Positions 51,355-63,323 of a stretch of 63,323 nt of DNA are shown here, one piece after another. How positions within the stretch are numbered: position 1 is the first letter of the stretch; each line of letters starts with the position of its first letter. Source of the DNA: Octopus bimaculoides (taxonomy: Eukaryota); contig NC_068985.1 of the NCBI RefSeq assembly GCF_001194135.2, forward strand, positions 97,964,824 through 98,028,146, read 5' to 3'. Position numbers and translations under genes: made by a program. The notes below the pieces were generated by a model that saw only the letters and a program-made list of their open reading frames with translations, did no database searches and was not told the DNA's origin.

Positions 51355-54300
51355 ATTGGAATTATAATGGCTATACTTACTCTTAAAAAAAAAAAAAACT
51401 TATTTTGACAAATTTACCTGTTAAACGAAATCAGCTATATAAAACCAACTAATTTCAGTTAACCCTATTATTTCTCCGAAAATTTTAAGTAGCGAAAATT
51501 AACACTACTTTCTCTTCTTATTAATCAGGAAGGAAAAGCAACAGTGATCGAAAAGATCTATTATCATGGGCCACCTGTGAGAACGGCAACATCCAATATG
51601 TCCTCCATTCTATTTTAAAAACAGGAACACCTGATTTGAAATTACTTTGGCTATTTCTTGACAGTCGGTCAACCGTTTAGATTTTTATTATTTTTATTAT
51701 TGACTCGTAACTATTAAATGTAGAATGTGTTCTCGGATTCATTGAAACATTAACTATAAAGCAAGCCAAAGATGGGGACTTAACGTGATCGTATAACTAA
51801 ACTGAAAACCAAATTTCACTGAGGTCTCACCTTAACTAACCTCTTAAATATATGAAATATGTGTATCTACGATCCATAACACCGTTAAATGGGAATTCTT
51901 AAAGCCTTAGAGCAACAGCTGGTCCACTGCATTCTGAGTTCAAATACCGCGAGGACAACTTTACTGTCCATATTTTCGGGTCTATAAAATACCAGTGATG
52001 TATTATGGTTGGTTTTATATTACACCTCAGTGACATGAATAGTCATAAGAAAACGAAACCGGATGACAACAGCTTTTAACTCATTTTTTAATTAAACGGT
52101 CAGTCAGGGCTGACCTAGGATTAACCAACAACAACAAAGAAAGAGATTAATAATTGTCTCTCTCCTCCCTGCCTCTTTCTCTTATTCTCGCAATAGTTTC
52201 ATAATTCTGAATCTATTTAAATCTTTCTTTTGATTTTACTGTCTCTTTTCCCCTTTGCCATTTAGTTTTTTTTTTCTACTTTCTCGCATGACTAGTTTAT
52301 ATTTTCCCATAAATATATTTTACAATTTCGGGGTTGATGGCTAATAATCAAGTGAGCCGCAAATAGTGAGTCGGTTATAGCTGTCAAATACGAGGTTTCG
52401 GTATAATTGAGTGTATTTCTCAAGAACCTGTGGCTTGTTTGCTAGAAATTATTCTCACTCTCTTTCATACACACTGTCTCTATTTCTTTCTCTCTCTTTC
52501 TCCGACATTGTCCGCCCCTTTCTCTCTGTTTCTGTGAGTTGTCACTGTCTCTGTCCGTCTCTCTGATTCTCTGTCCATCTCTTCCAGCCACACAAGTATC
52601 GTGGGTAACAAATAGTAGAAACCTTCGTGATATTTAGTTAAATCTGTTCTGCTTTCAAATGTCTTTTACATGTCTTTTCTTGCTTCCCGGCTTAGAAAAA
52701 TGAATACCAGAAGGCTTATGCAAATATTAAAATGATATTTCTCTACAAACGCGAAATATGTCTCTAGCTACTACCCTTAGCAATTGCATTGTTAGCAGTA
52801 GATAAGGACCCACATTTAGGAAGAACTCCAATATTTCTTCTCTCCTTATCGTTTGTTGTTTAGCTTCTGATCAACTCCAATGAAGTAATCATTCTCAAGC
52901 CAACGAGAAAAGTCTGTACACGTTTGCTCAACGTGCTAAAAATAACGGGCATATCCTCTTTAAAAAGGACATGTTGGACCTTGCAGTATTTGATCCGGAA
53001 ACCGACTGAAATGACCAGACTTTGATTTCAACAGGGATTGAAATCTTGACCAGCTTATCCTGGTTCAGTCATAGTATTCATTGGGATAGGAGTACATTGT
53101 GAAATGTGTTGTTTCTTTTTCATGTCAGTAAGACGTAATTTTGACGGAGATTTGGTTAATATTTCTAGCAATTCGAACAACCTCATAAAAGTTTACTTGT
53201 AAGTTTGTACGCTTCTAGGGAGCAATAAACTATGACAAGCTGGCAAGAACTACTGTTATTTTTTTTTGTACACACAGTATGATTTTTGATTCCGGTAGTG
53301 TTAATTATTATCATGCTATATTGCGTTGAAAAATTACTGGGAGCAATTAACCAAAAACGTTAGCATTCTTGACGTAATAAGCCAAGAAATTTTAATGAGA
53401 ATTCTCAACCTTACTAATGAGGACAATCATTTTTTAAAATAATGGCAGCATCTAGTGAACCAAATAAAATTAAATATAGAATGATTTTGAACATTTCGAT
53501 ATTATAGCTGTACAAACAGCCTAGTCTTTAACATTATGCTATTGTCGCTGTATTACAGAATAGCTGTACAGTGATGGACCCTTCTCCCATAGAATTCATA
53601 CGTTAGCCATATTGTACTGTAAAGTCTTCTGTACTCTAATGAAAATTTAAACGAGGCAAGCTCTACTTGGTAGTGCAACTTGCAAGAAATAGCTACTAAA
53701 TCGCCTCGTGTCATATCCAACCGTTTTTGGAAAAAAGGAAAAACAGATACATTGGATAATATAGACCTAGATATATTATGCCTGGAATCTTAAAAAAAGA
53801 AAATGGTTTCACGAGAACGTTTTTGATCAAGTCTAATTTGGTACTAACCAAACAACTTGTTCGTGTCTTTGTGACTGAAGAACTTAGCTACCTTTCACAT
53901 TAAATGAAATAAATGAACTTGGGTGTCTGTCTGTCTATGGCTATAAACATTATTTATTTTAAGATTGATAAAATAATGATAATCCCTTATTTTTTACTAT
54001 TAAGGGTGAAGCACTGGGAGTTGGGGTGGGTTGATTACAAAGTCAGGCATCAAAAGTTGTTCCTCCTCACCCGCAACTTTGAAAGAGGAAGAAAAAAACA
54101 CCATTAAAATTTTACAAAATATCACTGTTAATTTATTTTCAAATATTTATATCTAAATATATTGATAGATTTGACTTGTTGAATCATATTTTTGTGTATC
54201 TGTACTAAGTATGTGTGTTATATGTATGAAAACGCTTTTTCAGTTTATTTACATATATCCATGTAAGGATATCTCGTCATGTGTGTTTTTTATATTTCTT

Positions 54301-54539
54301 TTTGTTGTATATATGTGTTGTGCTTCTATATTAATGTGTTTCTGTGTATCTCTGTATATGTCTGTGTTTTGTCATTGTTTTCATTGAGTATGTCAGTGGT
54401 TACTTCTCTCAGTGTTACATTATATGTTGAAGAGAAAACCTGTTTGTACAAGTTTGTATTCATCTATTTTCTTCCTTGTTCTCTTATGATGCTGGATAGT
54501 TTTTTCGTTTTTTTTTTTTTCTTTTTAATAATATTTTGT

Positions 54540-54682
54540 TTATATAGCAATTTGTTTTCTGAGTTGCTCAATTTTCCCCGTTGCAACCTGAGAAGTACTT
54601 TCAGTGGTATTTCTCTTGGTGTTAACACTGATCGTGTCTATAAACATTTCAACTGTGTTCATTACACTTTTATTCAACCTAT
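54540..54682 (-). CDS. Candidate short terminal exon
   Basis: DRLNKSVMNTVEMFIDTISVNTKRNTTESTSQVATGKIEQLRKQIAI*; weak acceptor abutting a LINE; TGTAAATAAA near 54243-54252. Confidence 0.15.
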
Positions 54683-54699
54683 CTAGGACTACATTATTT

Positions 54700-55440
54700 C
54701 AAGCACTGCTCATACAAAAAGAACGCATCACAGCCCATTAAACATGAACGTCAATCAGCTACGACACTTAAAGTCGCTCCTAATAACGGTCCCATTGCCT
54801 TCGTAAAGCGTGGGCACACAATACAGTTGCCCTAAGGCCTCGCTGGCAAGGAGCTCAAAGCTGATCTGTGTATCCTATAGCTTGCAGTCAATAGGATCCA
54901 ATGCATTGATTTACTTGGGGCCTATAATGCTGTTAAGACAGCACTGGTTGCACTTCACTATCACCAGTAGTCTCTCCTGGAAAAAGCACATCCTTAGCAT
55001 GGGTACCACTGTATCCCAGAAACAGGCCCTGAAGAGAAGGACCACAAAGTATTTCAATCCCCAACAACTGCTATCATTCTATAAGACTCAAATGAGGTCC
55101 ATAATGGAATCCTACTCCCATTTTTGAGACAGCTCTGTTACTATGCACACAGACATCCTAGAACACATCCAGAGATGGTGGGTGGGCACTTGACTAATTG
55201 GTATTCAGTCACTTACAGACATACTCTAATATCTGGCCTGCTTACTGTCTTTTCTCTCGCTACTCCAATTGCCCCACTTCCTCTGAACTGGCTGATCTCA
55301 TACCCCCACCATTCAACCACTCTTAGTCCACTCTCCTTTCCACCTCTCGTCACTCTTAGGGTGTCCCTCACCATCTCCTCCTAACTAGTTATGTCCAGTC
55401 TTTCCTCCTCAGAACAGCATACCTCTAGAATCTCTCTCCG
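54700..55440 (+). mobile_element. CR1/L2/Jockey-type LINE 3' fragment, degenerate
   Basis: TITSSLSWKKHIL...KYFNPQQLLSFYKTQMRSIMESYSHF*D...LEHIQR. Confidence 0.7.
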
Positions 55441-55477
55441 CCCCTCACTTTCCTGCAAGTGTTGACCTACAACAGCG

Positions 55478-55785
55478 AAGGCACGTAGCTTAGTGGTTAG
55501 GGTATTTGACTCCCAATCTTAAGGTCATGAGTTCAATTTCTGGTGACATGTTGTGTCCTTGAACGAGACACTTCATTTTATGTTGCTCAGCCAGCAAAAA
55601 TGAGTTGTTCCTGTAATTCAATGGGGGCCAACCTTGACACATTTAGTGTCGTGCTGAATCTCCCTGAGAACTATACTAAGGGTACATGTGTCTGTGGAGT
55701 GTTCAGTAACTTGCATGTTAATTTCATGAGCAGGCTGTTCCATCGATCGGATCACCTGGAACCTTCATCAGCATAACCAGAATGC
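55478..55785 (+). mobile_element. SINE family C, diverged
   Basis: gaaggcacgtagcttagtggttaggg head; gttaatttcatgagcaggctgttcc tail. Confidence 0.8.
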
Positions 55786-56163
55786 CATTTCTTTTCCTGT
55801 TTTTGACTTGCAGTAGTTAAATGGAACATTAACAACATCAAATTCAAAAGACTTGTATCGTGGAAGGGTCTTTATGCCAATAATAAATACATGCATTGGT
55901 TCTATATCATTTCTATATTAGTCAATTGCTTAACTAATTAATTAATTGATTGCTGGATTAATCATTTGGTCAGCCAATCAATCAACTAGATTTGATAAAA
56001 AAATTTTCACCACCATTCTGAGGACATGTCATTGATGAGGTTGTCAATTCCAATGAAAGGACTTTGACAGACTTAGCTGATTGATTGATTGTTTGGTCAA
56101 ACAATTCAGCAAATGATCAACTGGTTAATAAAAATGAAGAAGTGAATTAGAACGTGCGCGCGC

Positions 56164-56195
<32 letters not shown>

Positions 56196-56254
56196 GCGTG
56201 TGCGTGTGTGTGTGTGTATGTGTGTGTGTGTGTGTGTTATTGGCACGACAGAAA

Positions 56255-56450
56255 GTGGTGAGTTGGTAGAATTGTTAGCACACTAGATGAAATGTTTCAT
56301 CATATTCTGGTTTTACGTTCCAGGTTCAAATTCGACTGAGGTTGGTTCTGTCTTTCATACTTTCTGGGTTGATAAAATAAGTACTAGGGTTGAGCTAATC
56401 AACTAGCACCCTCTCCCATCAAATTTCAGGCCTTGTACCTATAACAAAAA
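56255..56450 (+). mobile_element. SINE family B, diverged
   Basis: ggtgagttggtagaattgttagcac...ggttcaaattcgactgaggtt. Confidence 0.7.
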
Positions 56451-56834
56451 AGGTTATTGGCATGATGACTCTCCCAAGATACAACAAAATTATGTTTCAA
56501 CACACAAGACACATCAAAAATCTTGCAAACCAAATACAAAAATTAAATATTAGGAACTTGGATATAAGTTTATGCATCTGTGTTAATCCATCACATCAGT
56601 TTGTCTCATTCTATCAAGATTATTTTTTAACCACATTTCAATGCTGATTGAGCAAACCAATAATGAAAAGATGTTCAGTCTGTGATCATCAAGTTTTTAA
56701 TTCAGTGATCTTTAATGTGTCAAGCAACTGTGTGACTTCATGGTGCATTTGAAATCAAGTAATAAAACTACTGGCATGCTTTATATGGAAAAATTAATGA
56801 AAACTGTTTTAGAAAACTTTTGCTTATTTAATGT

Positions 56835-57150
56835 TAGTAATTGTCCCTGTATGGCATCTTAGGAGAGGTCTTCTATCAGCTTGGACCTACCCAAGCCTTG
56901 TGAGTGAACTTGGTTGACAAAAACTGTGTGGAGGCCCATAGATATAGATGTAAATATCAGGGTGTCTTTGTGCTTGTTACCCCTCTCCCACGACATGACA
57001 ACAGATGTTGGTTTGCATATGTCCCCCTAACTTTGCAATTTAACAAGAGATCAATAGAATAAGAACTGGGGTCAATTTGCTCAAGCACCTCTTTCAAAGC
57101 AGTGCTCCAGCATGGCCGTAGTCCAATGACTGAAACAAAGAAATGATAAA
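56835..57150 (+). mobile_element. SINE family A, diverged
   Basis: ccaagccttgtgagtgaacttgg...gctccagcatggccgtagtccaatgactgaaac. Confidence 0.7.
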
Positions 57151-57495
57151 AGATGCATGTGTAGAACAAAACATATGAATAATACATAGGGCTGGTGCCA
57201 AGCAACAGCAACATACTTTAAATTGTCTGTTATTTCAACTTCTCCAGTTAGTGTGTCAGTTACTAGGAAGATAAGCTGTTATTTCTACTAACCTTTCTTT
57301 GCCTTCCGTCCTTTAGCAGGGGTCATTAAAGATTGGGGGGGGGGAAACGCCAGTCAAGTTGCTGGAGCAATTAATTTGACTGTAGGCCTTACCTCCCAAA
57401 TTATGTACTTTTGTAACAAAATAAAGAATAGATATTCTGTTCTGTTAATGCCAACATAGTGAGATGTCCTACCTTGGTTTGATGTTTGTGACCAG

Positions 57496-57557
57496 AAATA
57501 ACTACATGAATCAAATTATAGATGAACAGCTAATTTTACATGTAGGAGATATTAGAC
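57496..57557 (+). CDS. Candidate 62-nt exon ending in a metallophosphoesterase-like LHVGDI motif
   Basis: gaccag|...NNYMNQIIDEQLILHVGDIR|GTAAGT; only a short motif. Confidence 0.15.
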
Positions 57558-57889
57558 GTAAGTATTAATTCTAAAATAGAAAATAACAGGCTCACTGACT
57601 GGTTTCTATTTCTGTCTGAAATTAGTGTCTATAATGGTTAATATCATTTACATTAAAATCTCAGCTGTTAATTTATTATTTGTTGTTGGGTTACATCGCT
57701 GCAGCAGCGAAGCAGGATAGTTAAAATGATGGTGGTGGTGGTAGTGTTAATTTGCAGACGTATATAGTCAGCATATAGGATAGTAATTGGATAATGAGGT
57801 ATTTCAGAGTTTAACCCAACAGATGAGCCTTGATTGAGCAGACCTAGTGAAAAGCAGGCATTCCTGCTATGACTGTCTTGTCTTTTTAG

Positions 57890-57926
<37 letters not shown>

Positions 57927-58134
57927 GTTTTTATAAAAAAACAAATATATGTATTTTTATTTTTTATATATATATTTTTTTTATTAAAAATAAAAATGTA
58001 TTTTTATTTTTTATATATATTTTTTTTTTATTAAAAATAAATATATATATATTTATATACATATATATATATATATATTATTCTTTATAAAAGAATAACA
58101 AGTTTCAGATTTTGGTAGAATAGAATTTGAAGAG

Positions 58135-58315
58135 AGGTGATGAGTCAATTGCATAAACTTCAGTGTTCAACTGGTACTTATTTTATTGACCCCATAAGGA
58201 TGGAAGGCAAAGTTGACCTTGGCAGAATGTGAGCTCAGAATATAAAGGGTTGGAGGAAATGCTGCTAAGCATCTTGCTCAATATTCAAACGATTCTGCCC
58301 ACTTGCTACCTTGAA
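58135..58315 (-). mobile_element. SINE family B, diverged
   Basis: caactggtacttattttattgacccc...ggaaggcaaagttgacc. Confidence 0.7.
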
Positions 58316-59150
58316 TATCAGAATACATTGTTAAATGCCTCTTTCCAGGTTTCCGATAGACAAAGCACAAGAAGTGAGTTCACTCCGTTTCTGATGACTA
58401 GAGTGATGAGAGTCTGTGTATCTTAGTTGGAATAAATACCACGTGGTATTTTAGTTCAGACACATTAATTCTCAAGTATTCCAGTCGACTTTCATTGGAG
58501 AAAGATATAGGCATGGTTGTGCATAGAATCAGGCATTTGTGTGTAAAGGTGCAGGTATAACCGTGGTTAAGAAGTTTACCTCCCAGCTATTTTCTTTTGA
58601 ATAATGTTCTAAATATATAAAATGATGGGATGATCTCATCTGGGGTACTTTTGACAATGTCTACTTGATCATGGCACTATGGGCATGTGTCTTTTGCTAT
58701 AGCCATGGGCCAACCAAAGCCTTGTGAATAGATGGAAACAAGGCATCATGTGTATGGGTGGTAGTGGCTCCTTGCCTCAGCTTTGTGTGATAGTTGTAAA
58801 TGAATAGCATCATCATTTAAGCTGTCATCCATTTCTTCCTTTCTGACGTTGGATAAAATATTACCTTATTTTGAAACAGGTGAGGTTGGTGACTGGAAGC
58901 ACATCCAGCCAGAGAAAATAAATTCTGTATCACCTGTGAAAGTATGGAAAATTGAACCTTAAAATGATGATAATGATAGTGAGATTCCTTACAGTTTCTG
59001 TCTACTAAATTTTGCATGCAAGGCATTTGTCAATCAAGGCTATGGTTGAAGAGATTTGCCTAAGGTGTGCTACAGTGGGATTAAACCTGATTATGAATCA
59101 TGCCTGCACCTGTATTATATGATGCAATCATTGTCTCGGCCATCTTTACC

Positions 59151-59195
59151 ATGTACCATTAAAGGGCCTTTATAAAAGGCCCTTTAATGGTACAT
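59151..59195. repeat. Perfect 21-bp inverted repeat with a 3-nt spacer
   Basis: ATGTACCATTAAAGGGCCTTT-ata-AAAGGCCCTTTAATGGTACAT. Confidence 0.95.
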
Positions 59196-59830
59196 CTAAA
59201 CTCATTGACATCCTCTTGGATTTTATTCCATTGTTACCAACACAGACCCATCTTAGATTTTTCTGATTTCAGATTTTACTCTAACCATATTAATTTTCTT
59301 TGATCAGCTGATTCATTGAAAACAAACAGATTTTCATTCAGATAACACATAAATTTTTTTTTTTTCCTTTTTCAAATGATTTTCTGTAATTACTTTATCA
59401 TAAATGGATATTTCTAAAAGTGCTAATATTTTTACTAAATACTATTCAGCAATTAGTAGTATTAAAATTTTTTTAGAATTACTTAAAATCACATTTTAGT
59501 AATATTTTAAAATACTACTTAGTAATATTTTTTATAGCTTTTAATGTGTTTAAATATCTTACGATCTGAATGTATCCTCTTATGTACATTAATAGAAAGA
59601 GCTAACACAACAAAATTTCTTTTATTTTTTATTGCCTGAATCAAATTTTTATTACAGGAATTAAATTTTCAATTTACTTATCAAAAAAATACTGTTCTAT
59701 CTATTTATTTTGATCCAGTGGTATAATTTCTTCTTTGAACTATTTTGCTCTAGCAATTTATGTAAGTCAATGTAAATTTGCAGAAATCTCTACCATCTAA
59801 ATATAGAAAAATCATTACAAAATTAATTAC

Positions 59831-59910
59831 CAGGACAATCCCTATAATAACTTTTATGATGAAGATGACTGAAGTAGCAAGTGTTTTCCTGACACCAATC
59901 TTGATAATCA
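59831..59910 (-). CDS. Candidate 80-nt internal exon
   Basis: Acceptor tatatttttctcag|, donor CTG|GTAATT; two open frames: DYQDWCQENTCYFSHLHHKSYYRDCP or IIKIGVRKTLATSVIFIIKVIIGIVL. Confidence 0.3.
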
Positions 59911-61954
59911 CTGAGAAAAATATAGCCAATGAAATTACTCATTATGATCTACAATATCCTCTTAGTTGAACCAACATGAGAGCCTTTATATGGTCACTCA
60001 ATCTGCTGGAAATAACAGCCAAACCTCTCCCGCTACTGTCTAAAAATTAAACGGAAAGGACATTTTAGATAATGGATATTGTGAAAACTTGACATGGTCC
60101 CAGCGAGAATGCTGTTTATTAATCATAGATCTATTTGTTGATTGAGAACTACATTAGCACCATCAACACACAGCTTTTTAGTACTAGATATATGATAGAA
60201 ATGTTATTGTATGTTAATTTACTATTATATTGTTTGGTGGAGTGAAGAGGACTGGCTGTGTAGGTTTCTAGTTATATCTCTTTCTAATCTTGCTGAAGTT
60301 CAGTTTTAGCTTTTATACTTCTGGCATCGATTAATAGCATTCAAATTATGGAACAGTTGAAGCATAATGATTTTGTGATAATTGTCACTGCATAGCACGT
60401 TGGGCAAATGTCTTCTACTACAGACCTGGGATAATCAGTCTTGTGAGTGAATTTCTTAGATAGAAACTGAAAGAAACCTTTGTGTGTATGTGTCTCTGAG
60501 TGTGCATGCACAATTGTACACACACACAGACACATCTCATATTATGCTTATCAGAATTTTTCAACCTCTCCAAATCCTTGTGAGACTATCCATGTAAATG
60601 AAGCAAAAACAGACTAGTTTGTAATGGTTTGGAGTTATATGACATAATAAAACCAAACCATGTATCGATATTTTGAATGCATTTAGTATCATCATTTAAC
60701 ATCCACTTTTCCATGCTTGCATGGGTCAAGTGGAATTTGTTGAGGCAAGTTTTCTTTGCCCTGATGCTCTTTCTGTTGCCAACCCTTCTCTTTTCAAGCA
60801 AGGTAATATTTCCCGTGACCAGACATATTTTTCCACAGAAGATTGGAAATGAAGAACATCACTTGTATAACAGTGATGCTCATTTACGACCACTGTGTGT
60901 GTCTCCATGTCTTGACATCACATGTTTGCTGTAAACGAATGTCGCTATCTCACAATCTACTTCAGCAAATTCCATCTGACTGAATAATCACGGAAAATTG
61001 AATGTTGAAATATTGATAATGATGCAATAACATATCTCACATATCCAATATGCTAAAGTCCTTGCAGGTCAGTGCCCAGCCTTGCCATTCACACCCAAAG
61101 CTACCAAAACTATGTAGTAGTGGTGCTCATCAAAACTGATGTGACAGTCAACATATACAACAGCCATCTTTATCTAAAAGATTGATAAAAGATTTCTGTT
61201 CAATCTTTTAAATATTGTACATGTCATTGAATCAAAGCAAGGCAAGCTTCTGCTTCTCCAGAGTGGAAACGGTATTGACAAGATTTCTATAACCTAAATG
61301 ACAAGAAACCTTAAATTTATCTTTTTTGAGAGATAATGGTTCCAATGTATGGAAGTCAAATATATTGATAAATTGTTGAAAAATTTTTCTTATACACTAG
61401 AGGGAGGGAAAAATAATAACAAAACATTTCTGAGAAAAATTGTGAAAATTTTGCTGATCTCAGGTAGTGTTTTGTTGTTTACAAGTGTCTAGGAGTGGAA
61501 GATTTAGAAATTGAGCAATGATTAAGATTTCTGCAATGCTAAGAGCAGTGTATGTGAAACAGCTAATACATATTAGATACAATATGAGATCTAATATCAG
61601 ATATGAGATATTGCAATCTAATGCAAATGTANNNNNNNNNNNNNNNNNNNNNNNNNNNNNNNNNNNNNNNNNNNNNNNNNNNNNNNNNNNNNNNNNNNNN
61701 NNNNNNNNNNNNNNNNNNNNNNNNNNNNNNNTATATTCAGTATACATGTAAAAACAGATAAAATGTTGATATAAACATTTACTCTCTTTTTTTTTATTAT
61801 ATAAAGCAATCTCAGTTTCTGGCTAAGCAGAACCTTATTTTATTGTGATTTTTATTTTGTATTATTTTTATTTTGGATTATTAGATATTAAACATAAGCT
61901 GAAAAAATAATTTCATCAGGAATCCAAAGTACTCAATAGTGACGTTGTTCTTTA

Positions 61955-62240
61955 TCTTTTACTTGTTTTAGTCAGTGGTTTGCAGCCATGTTGGGGTACT
62001 GCCTTGTTGGGTTTTAGCCTAACAAATCAACTCTCTATCAGACTCTTTTGCTGAACCACTAAGTTACAAGTTTATAAACAAGCTAACATTGGTTGTCAAG
62101 CAGTGACACACACAGTGGGCTTCCACACAGTTTCCCTTCTAGCAAATTCACTCACATGGAATTGGTCAGCCTGGGGTTATAGTAGAAGGCACTTGCTCAC
62201 GGTGCCTCACAGTAGGACTGAACTTGAAACCACATGGTTT
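61955..62240 (-). mobile_element. SINE family A, diverged
   Basis: cttttacttgttttagtc...gcagccatgttgggg...gaaccactaagttac...gtagaaggcacttgc. Confidence 0.7.
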
Positions 62241-62795
62241 CTATATAATCCTGTACTTTATTTTATCAACATCAGAATGACGAAAGCCAGCCATGCTAGG
62301 TGAGAATTGCACACAGAATGTAAAGCAATATGACCAAATATTGCAAGGTATTTTGTCTGACGCTCTACCAATTTTGCTATCTTTCAGTCATTTGTTTATT
62401 TAAGATTAGAATAAACATTCTAAATTTTCACTTTATAAGATTTTATCATTGAATGTTCTAAGATATTTATTTACCAGTTTTAATTTCTTATCATTTCAAG
62501 TAGGGAGTAATGGCTTTCTATTTTGAGAAGATGAAATGCTGGAAATTAAATTAGGCTTGTATTTAAAAAAAGGGGAGTAGGAACTTAAGATTAATATTAA
62601 TTTGAATTCTGATCATGTGTGTGTGTATAGTACACACACACACACACACATACACATTAAAACTCTTGATCAGATTACAAATTTTATAGTATCGTTTAGA
62701 TAGGCTGTGACTAGTTACAAAGAAATTTAGAAGATAACTAAATTCCTTCACTAAATCTTCAGGAGTGAAGTCTAAGAAATGAATACAAAATTCAT

Positions 62796-62930
62796 TTAAC
62801 CCTTTTAACACCAACTTGCCTGAGGCTATTGTTTTAAAGTGATCTAAACAGACCATGCTCCAAATTTTCATGTTAATTTTTGTTCCAAGCACCCACTTAA
62901 TAATAATGACAAAATTCTTTATTATTTTAA
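62796..62930 (+). mobile_element. piggyBac-like MITE left part
   Basis: TTAA|CCCTTTTAACACCAAC start; no matching right end. Confidence 0.35.
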
Positions 62931-62951
62931 GGTCCTGTGCCTATTTATAAA

Positions 62952-63180
62952 TAGGTGCAGGAGTGGCTGTGTGGTAAGTAGCTTGCTTACCAACCACATG
63001 GTTCCGGGCTCAATCCCACTGCATGGCATCTTGGGCAATTGTCTTCTACTATGGCCTCGGGCCGGCCAAAGCCTTGTGAGTGGATTTGGTAGACGGAAAC
63101 TGAAAGAAGCCCATCGTATATATGTATATATATATATGTGTATATTTGTGTGTCTGTGTTTGTTCCCCTAGCATTGTTGA
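62952..63180 (+). mobile_element. SINE family A, tail missing
   Basis: ggtgcaggagtggctgtgtggtaagtagcttgcttaccaaccacatgg...gtggatttggtagacggaaactgaaagaagccc. Confidence 0.9.
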
Positions 63181-63323
63181 TCAACAGTCTCTTCTAATTT
63201 CCCTAGCTACATTATACTATTCTTTATAACTAGATATCTTCTCCCAGTGGTTGTATAACTTGATGAAAGTACCATTTAGATCTCTCTCAATTCAAGCTCT
63301 ACAGTCTTATAAAAATCATGAAG

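Overview
AT-rich, gap-ridden eukaryotic draft-assembly sequence. The SINE families and extreme microsatellite load point to an octopod cephalopod (Octopus-like); this is an inference from repeat content. The window is mostly repeats: about 30 copies of three tRNA-headed SINE families, RTE, CR1/Jockey-like and R4/Dong LINE fragments, an internally deleted Gypsy LTR element, a Tc1/mariner (maT-like) relic, a Penelope-like GIY-YIG relic, two hAT-type MITEs with 8-bp TSDs, piggyBac-like ends and long microsatellites. No complete or nameable host gene could be assembled; only scattered low-confidence exon candidates exist (a signal-peptide first exon at 843-1017 and a terminal exon at 50089-50400, both minus strand). 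The most notable signal is three type I hammerhead ribozyme motifs on the minus strand. Two lie in a ~200-bp dispersed non-coding element (32648-32845; 38348-38940, split by a SINE), whose left end is a T-run plus hairpin. The third is an unrelated minimal hammerhead at 11036-11078. All have the short palindromic (or near-palindromic) helix III typical of retrozyme/Penelope-type dimerising hammerheads. Almost all ORFs in the supplied track are microsatellite, SINE or N-gap artefacts. Repeat boundaries are approximate unless a TSD is given.
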